A DNA stretch of 64,000 bases, from positions 10,230,001-10,294,000 of the forward strand of contig JBHGNT010000017.1 of NCBI GenBank assembly GCA_043228905.1. The letters run 5' to 3'. The DNA comes from Azolla caroliniana. Its lineage: Eukaryota > Plantae > Polypodiophyta. The position numbers were made by a program, and so were the translations under genes. Below, one piece after another: positions 12,999 to 23,638 of this stretch (positions within the stretch are counted from its first letter, which is position 1; every line of letters begins with the position of its first letter). The notes under the pieces were generated by a model, which saw only the letters and a list, made by a program, of their open reading frames with translations, was not told where the DNA came from and made no database searches.

Positions 12999-15175
12999 TG
13001 TTGGGAGACAGGTCCCTTCGGATGGGAAGGGAGAAAAACAGTTAGGCCGAGGCCGAAACCGAATGAGGAGTACCCGGCTACGGAGAGCCAAATGGTACAG
13101 ACCCGGTATGAACCGGATGAGGAGTACCCGGCTACGGAGAGCCGGATGGTGCAGACCCTGTATGAACTGGATGAGGAGTACCCGTCTACGGAGAGCCGGA
13201 TGGTACAGACCCGGTATGAACCGGATGAGGAGTACTCGGCTACGGAGAGCCGGATGGTGAAGACCCGGTATGGACCGGATGAGGAGTACCCAGCTACGGA
13301 GAGCCAGATGGTGCAGACCCGGTATGAACCGGATGAGGAGTACCCGGCTACGGAGAGCCGGATGGTGTAGACCCGGTAAGAACCGGATGAAGAGACATAT
13401 TCGTAAATATGTTTCTGAGAGTCCATCGAGGCTATATTTGTAAATAGACGAAAAGTCATATTAGTATAAATATGACTTAGGGCAAACTTGTTGTTGGTGT
13501 TGTTGTCATTTTCTGTTTTTGCACGAGATCAATGCGCGTAACTGTACAGAGAGAGAGAGAGAGAGGGAAAGAGGTTGTTGCCTCTGTTGTAACCGCTGCC
13601 TGTGGCGAAGATCTGTGAGCACGAGGTCGGTGCATCAATGAACTCACTATTGTATATTCTTACGTAGTGACAGTTTGCAGCCTATGGGCTGTCGTGGTTT
13701 TTCCCCTAGTTTGGGGTTTTCCACGTAAACCTCCTGTATATCTTCCTCTTCTTCTTGTCGTGTTTTATCTCCTGTTTTCTGTGTATGATTCTAAGCTCGG
13801 TTGTGGCCGAGCGTTGCGCAAAGGGAGCGTTGAGTTCCCGTCAAGTGGTATCAGAGAGAAATCGACACAGAAAATGGACGAATCGTTTGGCGGCATGTTC
13901 AAGCTCACCGGCTCCAACTATTCAGTCTGGAAGTCGAAGATGAGGGACATGCTCGTGGTTAAAGATCTTTGGCTACCGGTTCAGTTCGGGGACAAGAGAC
14001 CGGACAAGATCGACGCCACAATATGGGAGGTGATGCACATGAAGACAACGGCGTACATACGGTGCTTCATCGACATGAGCCTATACAACAACTTCAATGA
14101 AGAGAGCAAGGCTCATGAGCTCTGGGAGAAGATTGGCATAATGTTTTAAAACAAAAATCCTGTTAACCAGGTTTCGGTATTCCGGAAGCTAGTAAGACTC
14201 CGGTACCAAGATGGCTCCAGCATGGCGGAGCACATGAATGCCTTCCAGGGGCTGATCCACTAGGCAACGTCATTGGAAGTACCTCTCGCCGATGAGGTAC
14301 TAGCGCTACTCCTGCTCGGTTCCCTCCCGGATAGCTGGGAGACGCTGGTTGTCACTTTGGGCAACGCCGGGCCGGAAGGAAAACGGTTATCCCTAGCAAG
14401 AGTAAAGTCGAGCTTGCTAGATGAGGAGGTGCGTCGGAAAGATAAAGATACGAGCTCCGACTCCAAAGCGCTCATTACCGAATCGGAACGCGGAAGAAAT
14501 AGAAACCGTAGTCCCCAGAACCGGGAGAAGTTGGGGACACGGTCAAAGTCAAGGGGGAGGCCCACTTGCTTCTATTGCAGCAAGCCGGGTCACTTCCAAA
14601 AGAACTATCGGCATTTCCGTAAAGACTAGGAAACCGATGGTACCAATTCGAAGCGGACCCCACAGCGGAAGAGAATCGGACTGGTAAGACACCCCATGCC
14701 GGAGTGAAGGGGGAGTTTGTTGGGAGACAGGTCCCTCTGGACTGGAAGGGAGAAAAACAGTGATGATGAACAAGCTAGGCCGAGGCCGAAACCGTATGAG
14801 GAGTACCCGGCTACGGAGAGCCGGATGGTACAGACCCGGTATGAACCGGATGTGGAGTACCCGGCTACGGAGAGCCGGATGGTGCAGACCCGGTATGAAC
14901 TGGATGAGGAGTACCCGTCTACGGAGAGCCGGATGGTACAGAACCGGTATGAACCGGATGAGGAGTACTCGGCTACGGAGAGCCGGATGGTGCAGACCCG
15001 GTATGGACCGGATGAGGAGTACCCAGCTACGGAGAGCCGGATGGTGCAGACCCGGTATGAACCTCCTGTGTATCTTCCTCTTCTTCTTGTCGTGTTTTAT
15101 CTCCTGTTTTCTGTGTATGATCCTAAGCTCAGTTGTGGCCGAGAGTTGTGCAAAGGGAGCGTTGAGTTCCCGTCA
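12999..15175 (+). mobile_element. Complete gag-only non-autonomous copia (TR-GAG-like), family B
   Basis: LTRs 12999-13843 and 14718-15175; PBS TGGTATCAGAG 13846-13856; gag from 13874 to ~14629 with zinc-knuckle remnant CFYCSKPGH; PPT before 14718; perfect TSD CTTCC. Confidence 0.92.
13050..13390 (+). repeat. 54-bp tandem array in the 5' LTR (also ~14785-15062 in the 3' LTR)
   Basis: Unit ATGGTACAGACCCGGTATGAACCGGATGAGGAGTACCCGGCTACGGAGAGCCGG, about 5-6 copies. Confidence 0.92.
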
Positions 15176-15274
15176 CTTCCATAGAGTGTAGTTGGTTCCA
15201 TCTAGCTTTCCATCAAACAATGGAGGTGGGTGAACGCACAGTGGAGCAGCTACAACATTCGTGGACAAGTCCAT

Positions 15275-15322
<48 letters not shown>

Positions 15323-15385
15323 TGCTACTAGATAGCAACTACCCCTATATACCTAATCTAGATCAACATCTCAGCTCTAATACCA

Positions 15386-16020
15386 TGTTAGAAAGAGTGA
15401 GAGTCGATTAGATAGGTATATAGAGTTACAACCACAGAGATGGATATATATAAAAAAACTTCTATTACATATGAGAGTAGCTAACCATGGTAGTTCACCC
15501 ACGCACTCACACCTTAGAGCTTAGATGGTATTTGGACCAGCTCACTACAAAATTAGTGGGGACTAATGATCAATTCAACCACTGTGTAAGAAAGTGGATT
15601 ATATTCTATATTTGGTCTGAGTATAACATTAAATGCGCAAGTCAGTTGATAGTAGTGGAGATATTCCTTTTCTGTCAACTAAATTGTCATTTAATATGAC
15701 CCAACTCCCTAGATACAGGCTAGTGCTACATAGTACTTATCTTGATGTCAATGGCACATACTTCAAGACTAAATACATCATAACTTGCCCACAAAATATT
15801 CTAGTGGAGTTGATTAGCCAATCCTATTACCTATTTCGCTCTTTCTTAAATCCATTGTCCTACGCATATATGGTTTCTTAGATTAACACCTTATCGACCC
15901 ATATGGTCGAGTTGCACACTAGTTGCTCCTCATTTGGGGCGCTATCACAAAATGTGCACTCTAAGACTACATATGGGGATAGATTTACAACTTGGGGCTG
16001 ATCGTTGATTATATCTAACA
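15386..16020 (-). repeat. LTR flanked by a PBS on one side and a PPT on the other
   Basis: TGTTAGA...TCTAACA perfect terminal inverted repeat; reverse PBS 15374-15385; reverse PPT CGCCCCCTCA 16021-16030. Confidence 0.85.
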
Positions 16021-18701
16021 CGCCCCCTCAATGGTCAACCCATTGTCTAAGGTGTTGTCGTAGCTGTTCTGCTCCAAGTGCCTTTGTGGAGATATCCACA
16101 ACATTTTCTTGCCAAGTCATCAATAAATGTGACGAAGTAGGAGGCTCCGCCGAGTCACTATGTGGCATTGGGCCATAGACATCCAAATCAACCAAGTCAA
16201 GGGGACTCGACTCTCTTAGCTCTCTAGTAAGGAGTGAGGCAACAATCTATTTATTGTATGAGCAATGCTTGCAAAACTTATGGTCAGAGAAGGCTCTAGA
16301 TAGGTGTGTGATGCCAATGTTGGTAAGGTGACCGAGTCGGTCGTGCCATAGCTACGACATGGGGAATGTCTACCAAGAATAGGCCACCCTCTCTGAGTGT
16401 GACATATAATGGGTTGAATGAGTGTATCTTTGGTCCTCTATCGAGTAGGAGGTTCCCCCTGTGGAGTGTCGACCCTCCTAACGAGAAGTCGGCACAAATA
16501 CCATCTTCATCCAGTTGTCCTACTAAGATTAATGGTCTTGAGAGCTCAGGTACATGTCGGACGTTGTGTAGTACAAGGGTAGAGACCCCTAGAAGGTTGA
16601 GCTCTACTGTGTCAATGCTGATTATTGCACAATGTTGTGAAATTTTTACCCAGACTAAGTCAGAATGCCGAGCCGAATATTGTTTGAATTGGGATGAATG
16701 GGGGGTCACATGATAAGATGGGCTTGAATCTAGTAGCCAATTGCTTGACTCTTCAGCCATAAACAAAACTTCTTATTCCACTGAGTGTTCTATGAATAGA
16801 ATGTTTGGGTCATTTATCAATACTTCGGCTGATAAGAAGATGTAGTTGACCTCCTTTTACCAACTACCCTTGTGATCAGCTCTCTTAACCTTATCATTCT
16901 TGCTTTGAGGGCGCAACAATTGGCCTTGATTTGTTCAAGTTTCTTGCAGTAGTTGTAGGTTACATTGATTATCTCAGGACTTGCTCTTGCTTCACATGTT
17001 AGTCAGCTGCCGTGAAGAACTTCTTCCCCGACTGTTCGTTCAGTCGGCCGAACCTTGTACATATAGGCGTCACTAGCCAAATCATGTACGAACAATTTCC
17101 TCTGACCAACTTCTGTCAGGATTGAGGTTGTGACTTCAAAGTACTTTACGGCAGTAGGCAATGTTGCACATAGTTGTGACGAAAGTTTCCCACGAGGGGA
17201 GGAGACTACTCATGAGCAACATTGCTTTCAATTCGTCTTCAATTGTCGTCCCCTGAGTCGAAATCTAGGAGTTTGGACTTTTGTACTCGTTGATGTGTGC
17301 CTAGACAGAATCAGACTCTTTCATTTGAGTTTTGTAGAGGCATAGAATCAGGTATATCTTTGTTGCAGCTACCTTCTTTTCTTAGGTGTTCGAAAACGTT
17401 TTCCATAGTTCAAAGGTTGTCGTACACAACGACACAATGTAATACACAGATTAGAATAGATGCATCTGAATGGTAGCACGGTCAATTCGGTCCAACTTCA
17501 TCCAGTCATTTGGTTTATATCCTTTTGGAGCATTTTCGGTCTCGATGGGTCAATCTGACCCTTGACTATATAAGATAGTCTTGCCATTGCTCCTTCTAGA
17601 AGTTGAAGTTCGATCCCTTGAACTTCCTTCGACTCATCTCTTACGAGCCAAATGTTGATGCCATTCTATGTTGGCTTGGTAACACTTTGTTCGGAATTGG
17701 CTACACACAAGGCTTCGACTATCAGTGGGTTCTGGTCGGAGTGCCTACAACGATTGGCTTAGCCTAATTGGACCTAAATTTGCCAATTGGATTTCGAATG
17801 GCAATTGGGTACTAAACTTGCTCGGAGTGGCTACGGTGAGTGGAGGGACTAAGTTGATTGGTGTTCCCGAATATCACCTAGCCAAATTGAGCACAATTAA
17901 CTACTAACCCTATTCTGATTATCGATTTCAAGGTGCCGATCACAAATTATGCGGCGTTTGTAATGTCAATCTTGCTCTGAGTTACTACAGTGAATAAGGG
18001 GACATCACTGACTAGTCTGCCCGAGTTTCTCTTAGTTGGATGGAGCATAGATGAGGCCGATTTGCTCAAGATCCCACTCTGAGCGACAACCACTAGGAGG
18101 AGTACAATCAACTGGCCTACTTGAAGTGTGGTTTAGTTCAGTGGAGTGTTGATCAATATGGTGTCTTCTCTCTTCACCGGATAAGATCTTGTAAGTTGTC
18201 AATCTAAAGATTTCAGTACGACTAAAAACTTGTAGAGTTATGGACCGTAAATCGACAAGAAAGATAGACTCGGATGATATACAAAAACAATAAACAATAA
18301 AGAATAACATAGAAAGACTACACAGTACACGAGTTTTACGTGGAAACCCTAAAATGGGAAAACCACGGGGAAACAAATCTTCACTATATCACAGAGATAC
18401 AACAAGAGGAAAATGAGATTACAGAAGAGTCTGCATAGTTCTACAACTACATCCACTAAAGTTTGCCCTAGCACCACATATTTATAGATGAGAATATATT
18501 ATTATTAAATGATAATAATAATAAATAATCAAATGACTAGTCGACTTGACTGTCCAACCCGCAAGTCGACAGTTTAGTCAATTTGAGTAGCTGCCTCCCA
18601 TGTCGGTTATCCAGCTGATCCGACTAGCAGACTTTGTCATTGACCATACAGTCGGCTTAAGTAGTCGGCCTTGGTCCTTCACTTGATTCATCCACCCAAT
18701 A
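16021..18701 (-). mobile_element. Old, deleted copia: LTR-like ~18240-18701, leader, gag from 17664, protease, integrase start fused to an RNase H end
   Basis: ORF 16296..16766 WLLDSSPSYHVT (protease); YFVTFIDD joined to ENVVDISTKALG near 16105; GGAAACCC..GGGAAAACCAC LTR motif as in family B. Confidence 0.7.
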
Positions 18702-18724
18702 TTGTTGACCCCCAAGTTGTTACT

Positions 18725-18840
18725 TTGGTCGTTCCGTTCCGGTCAACTATTCATTAAATGAACCGAACTTAACCACAAAACCGTTAGGTAAAAATCCAAA
18801 CCATTAAACTACTAAAACCTAAGTTTCATGGTTCGGTTTC
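18725..18840. mobile_element. AACCG/CGGTT-rich arm, possible DNA transposon/MITE end; second arm ~20272-20555
   Basis: Clustered GAACCGAAC and GTTCGGTT motifs; arms partly inverted; no clear TIR or TSD seen. Confidence 0.35.
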
Positions 18841-19402
18841 AGGAGCACAAGCAAGGCGGGAGGATGCCAGGTGGAATCGGAGGAGAGGACCGGCTACCAC
18901 AGACATAGGCACAATGATCCGACCTCAAGTTGAGCTTGAGGGGGAGTGTTGAGAGAACAAGCTCAACTGGATCTGGATCGGTTGAACAAGCCAGAGCCGG
19001 ATCAGAGTTCAGAATGAAGAATTGGATCAGTGTCTGGATCGGTATTCAGAACCAGGAGCTGGATCGGAGAGACGGACCAGATTGTAACCAGTAGGCCGTT
19101 AGAGGCCTACGAATCTAGCCTTGTACGTAGGTAGATTCCTTGGAGTTAGTGTCAGCCGCTCGTATGAGCATTGAAGTACTTGTCATTACTTCTGTTAGTT
19201 CTTTATGGGCTTGTATAAAAGTGCTCACTGAGCACATTGTATGTACAGAGTAACACAAAGAGTTATTATTTTGAATTGAGTTTATGCTTCCTGCTCTCTC
19301 TGTCTCTCCTGTGTAACGTTTCCATTAAATCTGTGTCTCTATATTTTGTTGCTATCCGGTTGAGCCGGTTTTGTCTTAAGCTTCCGCATATTTACTTTTA
19401 CA
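18841..19402 (+). mobile_element. Family C 3' region, PPT and LTR (18947-19402)
   Basis: CTTGAGGGGGAG then TGTTGAGAGAACAAGCTCAAC...TTTTACA; reverse complement resembles 31442-31837. Confidence 0.85.
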
Positions 19403-20271
19403 TATCGTTTTCTACAAATCCGCATCTTGGTACTTCTCACCACCCGAATCCAAGCTGGTTGTTGTGGACGAAGCAACTGACTCCAGAACATAATGAAACA
19501 TAGTGGAATCCGAACTGGATAGTCTGACTTCCCTCTAGATCAATGGACTGAATCCAGACTGGTTGAGCTGAAACGGTCAACCGGATGTCGAGCCGACGGT
19601 TCACACGTAAAGAGAAAGGGAAGAAAAAGTTGTTGGAGTTGGACGTAGACAAGGAAGAGTCAGACCAGAGCAAGTCACTCAGAAAAGAACAAAGATAGAT
19701 CTTCCGAAGAGAAGTCCGAGTTAGCCAAGAGGGCCATGGAATCGGTGAATCAGAAGTTGCGTCGTTCCACCCGCCAAAAGCACCCCATAATTCATCACGG
19801 ATATAGTTAGTATATGGCGCATCATTATGCGTACATGGTGAAGGTGGTAGCCGTGTGTGAGTTAGAGAGCTACGCAAATGCGGCTAAGGATCTGAACTGG
19901 CAGAAGGCCATGGAGGAAGAGATGCACGCAGTCATGGAAAATGAGACATGGGACTTTGTGAAAACTGAAAGGAGTGAAGTCGATCGATTGTCAGTGGTTG
20001 TATAAAGTCAAATACAATGCCGACGGTTCCGTCAACAGGTACAAGGCCCGACTAGTGGCAAAAGGCTATGCGCAACAGCACGGAATTGATTATGACGAGA
20101 CCTTCGCGCCGGCCGTGAAGATGACGATTGTTCGTGTCTTTCTTGCGGTGGTAGCAACAAAGGGGTGGCATGTACATCAGATGGATATGAGAAACATGTT
20201 CCTGCAAGGTGACCTTGAGGAACAGGTGTATATGGTCCAACCCCCCGGATTTGAGTCTGGAATGAACATTT
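19403..20271 (+). mobile_element. Family C copia integrase-RT linker and RT N-terminal fragment
   Basis: ORFs 19814..20005 and 19974..20276 ([26 protein letters not shown]). Confidence 0.9.
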
Positions 20272-20869
20272 CTTAGGTAAAATTTTAAATTTTCATTATT
20301 TCAAATTTTAATTTTTTAAAATTTTAAAGAGTTTTCCTAAAATGTGAGAATTAGGCTCAAAAATCAAAAGGTTGTTTAAAAACAAAATTTAAGATTTTTT
20401 AAAAAATACAAATTTTTAATTTAAAAAATTTTAAAAACCATCAAACCATTAAAATTGAATCGTTTTTAAAAACTTGAACCTGAACTAAACCGTTTAAACT
20501 GTTACGTAGTTAAGTTGTGGTTTACGGTTCCGTTCGGTTCAAAACGAACCGTTATCGATTATTATTCATTCCATCAATATAACCCCAGTATCCACGCCCG
20601 AGTAGGTATTGGTGGATCTTGCATTCCCAAGATGCATAGTTGTTGCGCACCAACTCCTCAATGGTAGTGCGCTTCCCATGTTCCTTTCCATCTTGTTGCT
20701 AGTAGGTTTGTTTGCTAGTGTGTTCATCAAAGTCAACTACAGAGAGAGCGAGAGAGAGAGAGCCAAGATTATGAATTGTATTATAAAAAATATTCAGTTT
20801 TTTACAACAATGCTCTATGAGCATATTATATACCAAACCCTAATATACCCTCATAAGTAAGTGGGCTTC

Positions 20870-21691
20870 CAAGTTACAGAGTTGGAACTTTCCTTAGTAC
20901 CTATGCCACCTCTAGATGGAGATCGTAGGATTCAAGATTGGATATTACAAAAAGGGAACATTGTTATTCTAATGCATAACATTACAACACATTCAGTATA
21001 TATGTTGTTGCAACCTGTCCCATGGTTTCACGAGCATGCAAATGCATTACACAGAACGTAGTCTTGGTGGAAAATTTGACTTACAAGCTTATGAAGCTCT
21101 GGTCTTCCACTTAAGCAGTAGGTATTCCTATGGAGATGCCTATTGGGTGTGCTCCCGACTGGGTCGAATCTTAAAAAAAGATCGATAGTGTCACCGCATT
21201 TGTGCAAGATGTGGTAGACGATTAGAAACGGTCCCACTTATTATGGACTTGCTCATTCACCGTGACAATATTTGTACAAAGACTAAGTGCATCTCTTTAT
21301 CATAGATTTCTTGACCGAAGGTTTGGTAAACACTTTTTTATATTTGGATAAATTCTGTGCACCCTATGCAACGATGCCTATTTTCTCCAATGGACACGAT
21401 TTTGGGCACACTCGACCATTTGGACAACCCACAATAATAAGGTCTTTGATTGAAACCAACTGCACGAAGTTAGCTTCTTTAAGCAATCCCTTAACCAATC
21501 TCTATTTGATTGTCTGCAACTTAGAGACATCACAAGTCTGCAAATTTACAATCTTTACTTTGAGTGTTTTTAAGCTCTTTAGTGTCTAATCGACACTTGT
21601 ATATTTTTCTTTATTCTTTGTGGGTTTTCACCTCACTTTGAGGTTTCCCATTAGTAATAAAAGTGTTACTAAAAAAAATAAAAAATAAAAA
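20870..21691 (+). mobile_element. 5'-truncated L1-type LINE remnant (ORF2 C-terminal zf-RVT, AATAAA, poly-A)
   Basis: Reading through stops and shifts at ~21065-21250: SSGLPLKQ*VFLWRCLLGVLPTGSNLKKR..CARCGRRLETVP..LWTC; later IWTTHNNKVF; A-rich tail ~21670-21691. Confidence 0.75.
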
Positions 21692-22284
21692 CTAGTGTGC
21701 TTCCACATGTACAAGTTGAGCTTGTTATCTCAGCATTTTCTTAATTAATCATTTTTATTTATTTATTATTATTATTTTATGTGCTACCATGGATAGAATT
21801 TCTTCTCGCACCATATATGGTGACACCTAGTGCACTATAAAATAACAAAAATTAAGGAAGAAATCTACTCAACCAGACCGCAACACATGTGAGAGGCAAA
21901 TCTAACTCCCCCATCGGTGTCTCCATACCCAAATAAGGAAACGGATCATAACATGGGTTCTAAGATAGAGGCAAATGTGTATGAAGCTAGACCTTTACCG
22001 CACTTTCAAAGTCTCTATCTCAAAACAATAAAGAAAAGAGATCCCCCTCACGAAGGTAGTTAGCCTTCTTATGTAGGTTGAAAGGTAAGCCTTTACATGT
22101 TTCACACTTTGTTGCCTTTTTTTATAAAAAGTGGCCAAGTGAGGAAATAATCTAAATTTATCTCAGTATAGGATTCAGTCATGACTCAATCTTCACCCTT
22201 TGTTCTTTATGATTTAGCTCACTACAATTACGGTTATGATCATAACATAGGGAGATGGTGTCACGAGTAGGAAAAACCCCTTAT

Positions 22285-22350
22285 AAGCTTTGGAGTGACT
22301 CGAACCCTTGACCTCCTTAAGGAAAGCACTCATAGAATTCACTATATCTT
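22285..22350 (-). repeat. Degenerate tRNA-derived SINE-like head
   Basis: B-box GGTTCGAGTC on the minus strand; A-box poor. Confidence 0.3.
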
Positions 22351-23638
22351 AACGTTGATATCATGACCCACCCTACAAATATCCAAACTATGTTATGACT
22401 CTTCAATGGATCCAAGGGGTGTTATGGTCCTACAATATTTATGACCCTACAATATTTTCAAGGGGGGACCCTGCTAATTTTCAAGGGGCTCATTCGACTA
22501 ACATATAAATATGACATAATCTATTGTTAGAACCATTTTGGTTCAACACTAGTATTCAAGAACCTTATAGTTTTTGCTCTTGTATATTTCATCTTATGAT
22601 AAAAATAAAATTTATTTATTTTCTCTCTCCCTTGAGTAGAATTTACTAGGGTAAAAGCATACGAGTGGAAACACTATTATAGTTAATTAGCTGGTAAAAT
22701 GGCCATACCTATTTAGCTATTTGTTTAGCTAGTTTTTTGTGGGCAAATCATAAGGATCATTTACAAAATTTTATGCTTTATTAGTTAAATACATGTCATT
22801 TAATTTATGAGAATACTCAAAAATTTGAACTTTGGTTTCTGACGTAGTGGAACTTGGGGAACAGTGCCCTCATCTAAAGTCGACTTGATTGTCACCAAAT
22901 TCCTATTAATCTTGAGTTTGAGTTCGAAATCTAAACAGATGGAGTACTCTGACCATGAACGCTGATGAAGCTCCCACAGCAGCACAAAAACTCTAATATT
23001 GACATTGCACCTTCAGAGCTACAACACACCACCAGTTCAATCCTCGTCCAAGTATGTAGTAGTTTGCACATTAAAAAATCTTTTTTTTTTCCTTTTTGAT
23101 AGTTGTACATTTTGTTCCCTATTCATCTTTTATAAAAACCAATTAGGGCGAAGTCGTTGGAGTCCCAAACAAGGATGTCTCGAAGATTGGGGTGTTGCAG
23201 CGGGTGTGTTGTTTATTGACAAAAATTCTTATTAGGGTTGATTTCTTACATATTTCAGAATAGGGTTTCTGATTTCCTTAAGCACTGGATTTTTTATTAG
23301 GGTTTCTTATTAAGGTTTATGATTAGGGTTTGTGATTTCCTTAAGCGGTTGATTTCTGATTAAGGTTTTTAAATAGGGTTTCTGAATTTTTAAGCGGTTG
23401 ATTTCTTATTGTTGAAAATTTCAGATTTAGTGTTGGGATTTTGCACCAATTCACATTTCTGATTTCAATGGTAGTGTCTGCAAACTTCCCCCAAACTTGA
23501 TTTAGGATTAGGGTCAATGTGGCTGATTTTTTATTTTTGATTCTTCCCTACCAATTATGGTTCTAAATACATATGTCCCAGTAGAGCAGAGGTAACATGT
23601 ATTGATTTTTTATTTCAGGTGGCTCATTCCTCCATATC

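Larger units (their letters stand above)
12938..15385 (-). mobile_element. Leader and gag N-terminus of a minus-strand copia, split by the 12999-15175 insertion
   Basis: Joined sequence reads MDLSTNVV..FDGKLDGTNYTLWKIKISTILD; reverse PBS GCTCTAATACCA at 15374-15385; (CT)n leader ~15277-15318. Confidence 0.75.

Noticed and set aside
13092-13370. Repeat-protein ORFs (MVQTRYEPDEEYPATESR)n, also 14717..15184
   Set aside because: Open because the 54-bp unit is a multiple of 3 and stop-poor in several frames; the sister 40-bp unit breaks frame, so coding is unlikely.
13050-13390. Regular repeats resembling a CRISPR array
   Set aside because: Head-to-tail tandem units with no unique spacers, inside LTRs, no cas genes, eukaryotic context.
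23230-23410. Telomere-like TTAGGGTTT motifs (also AAACCCTAA at ~3455-3510)
   Set aside because: Dispersed telo-box-like motifs in leader or intron sequence, not a tandem telomeric array.
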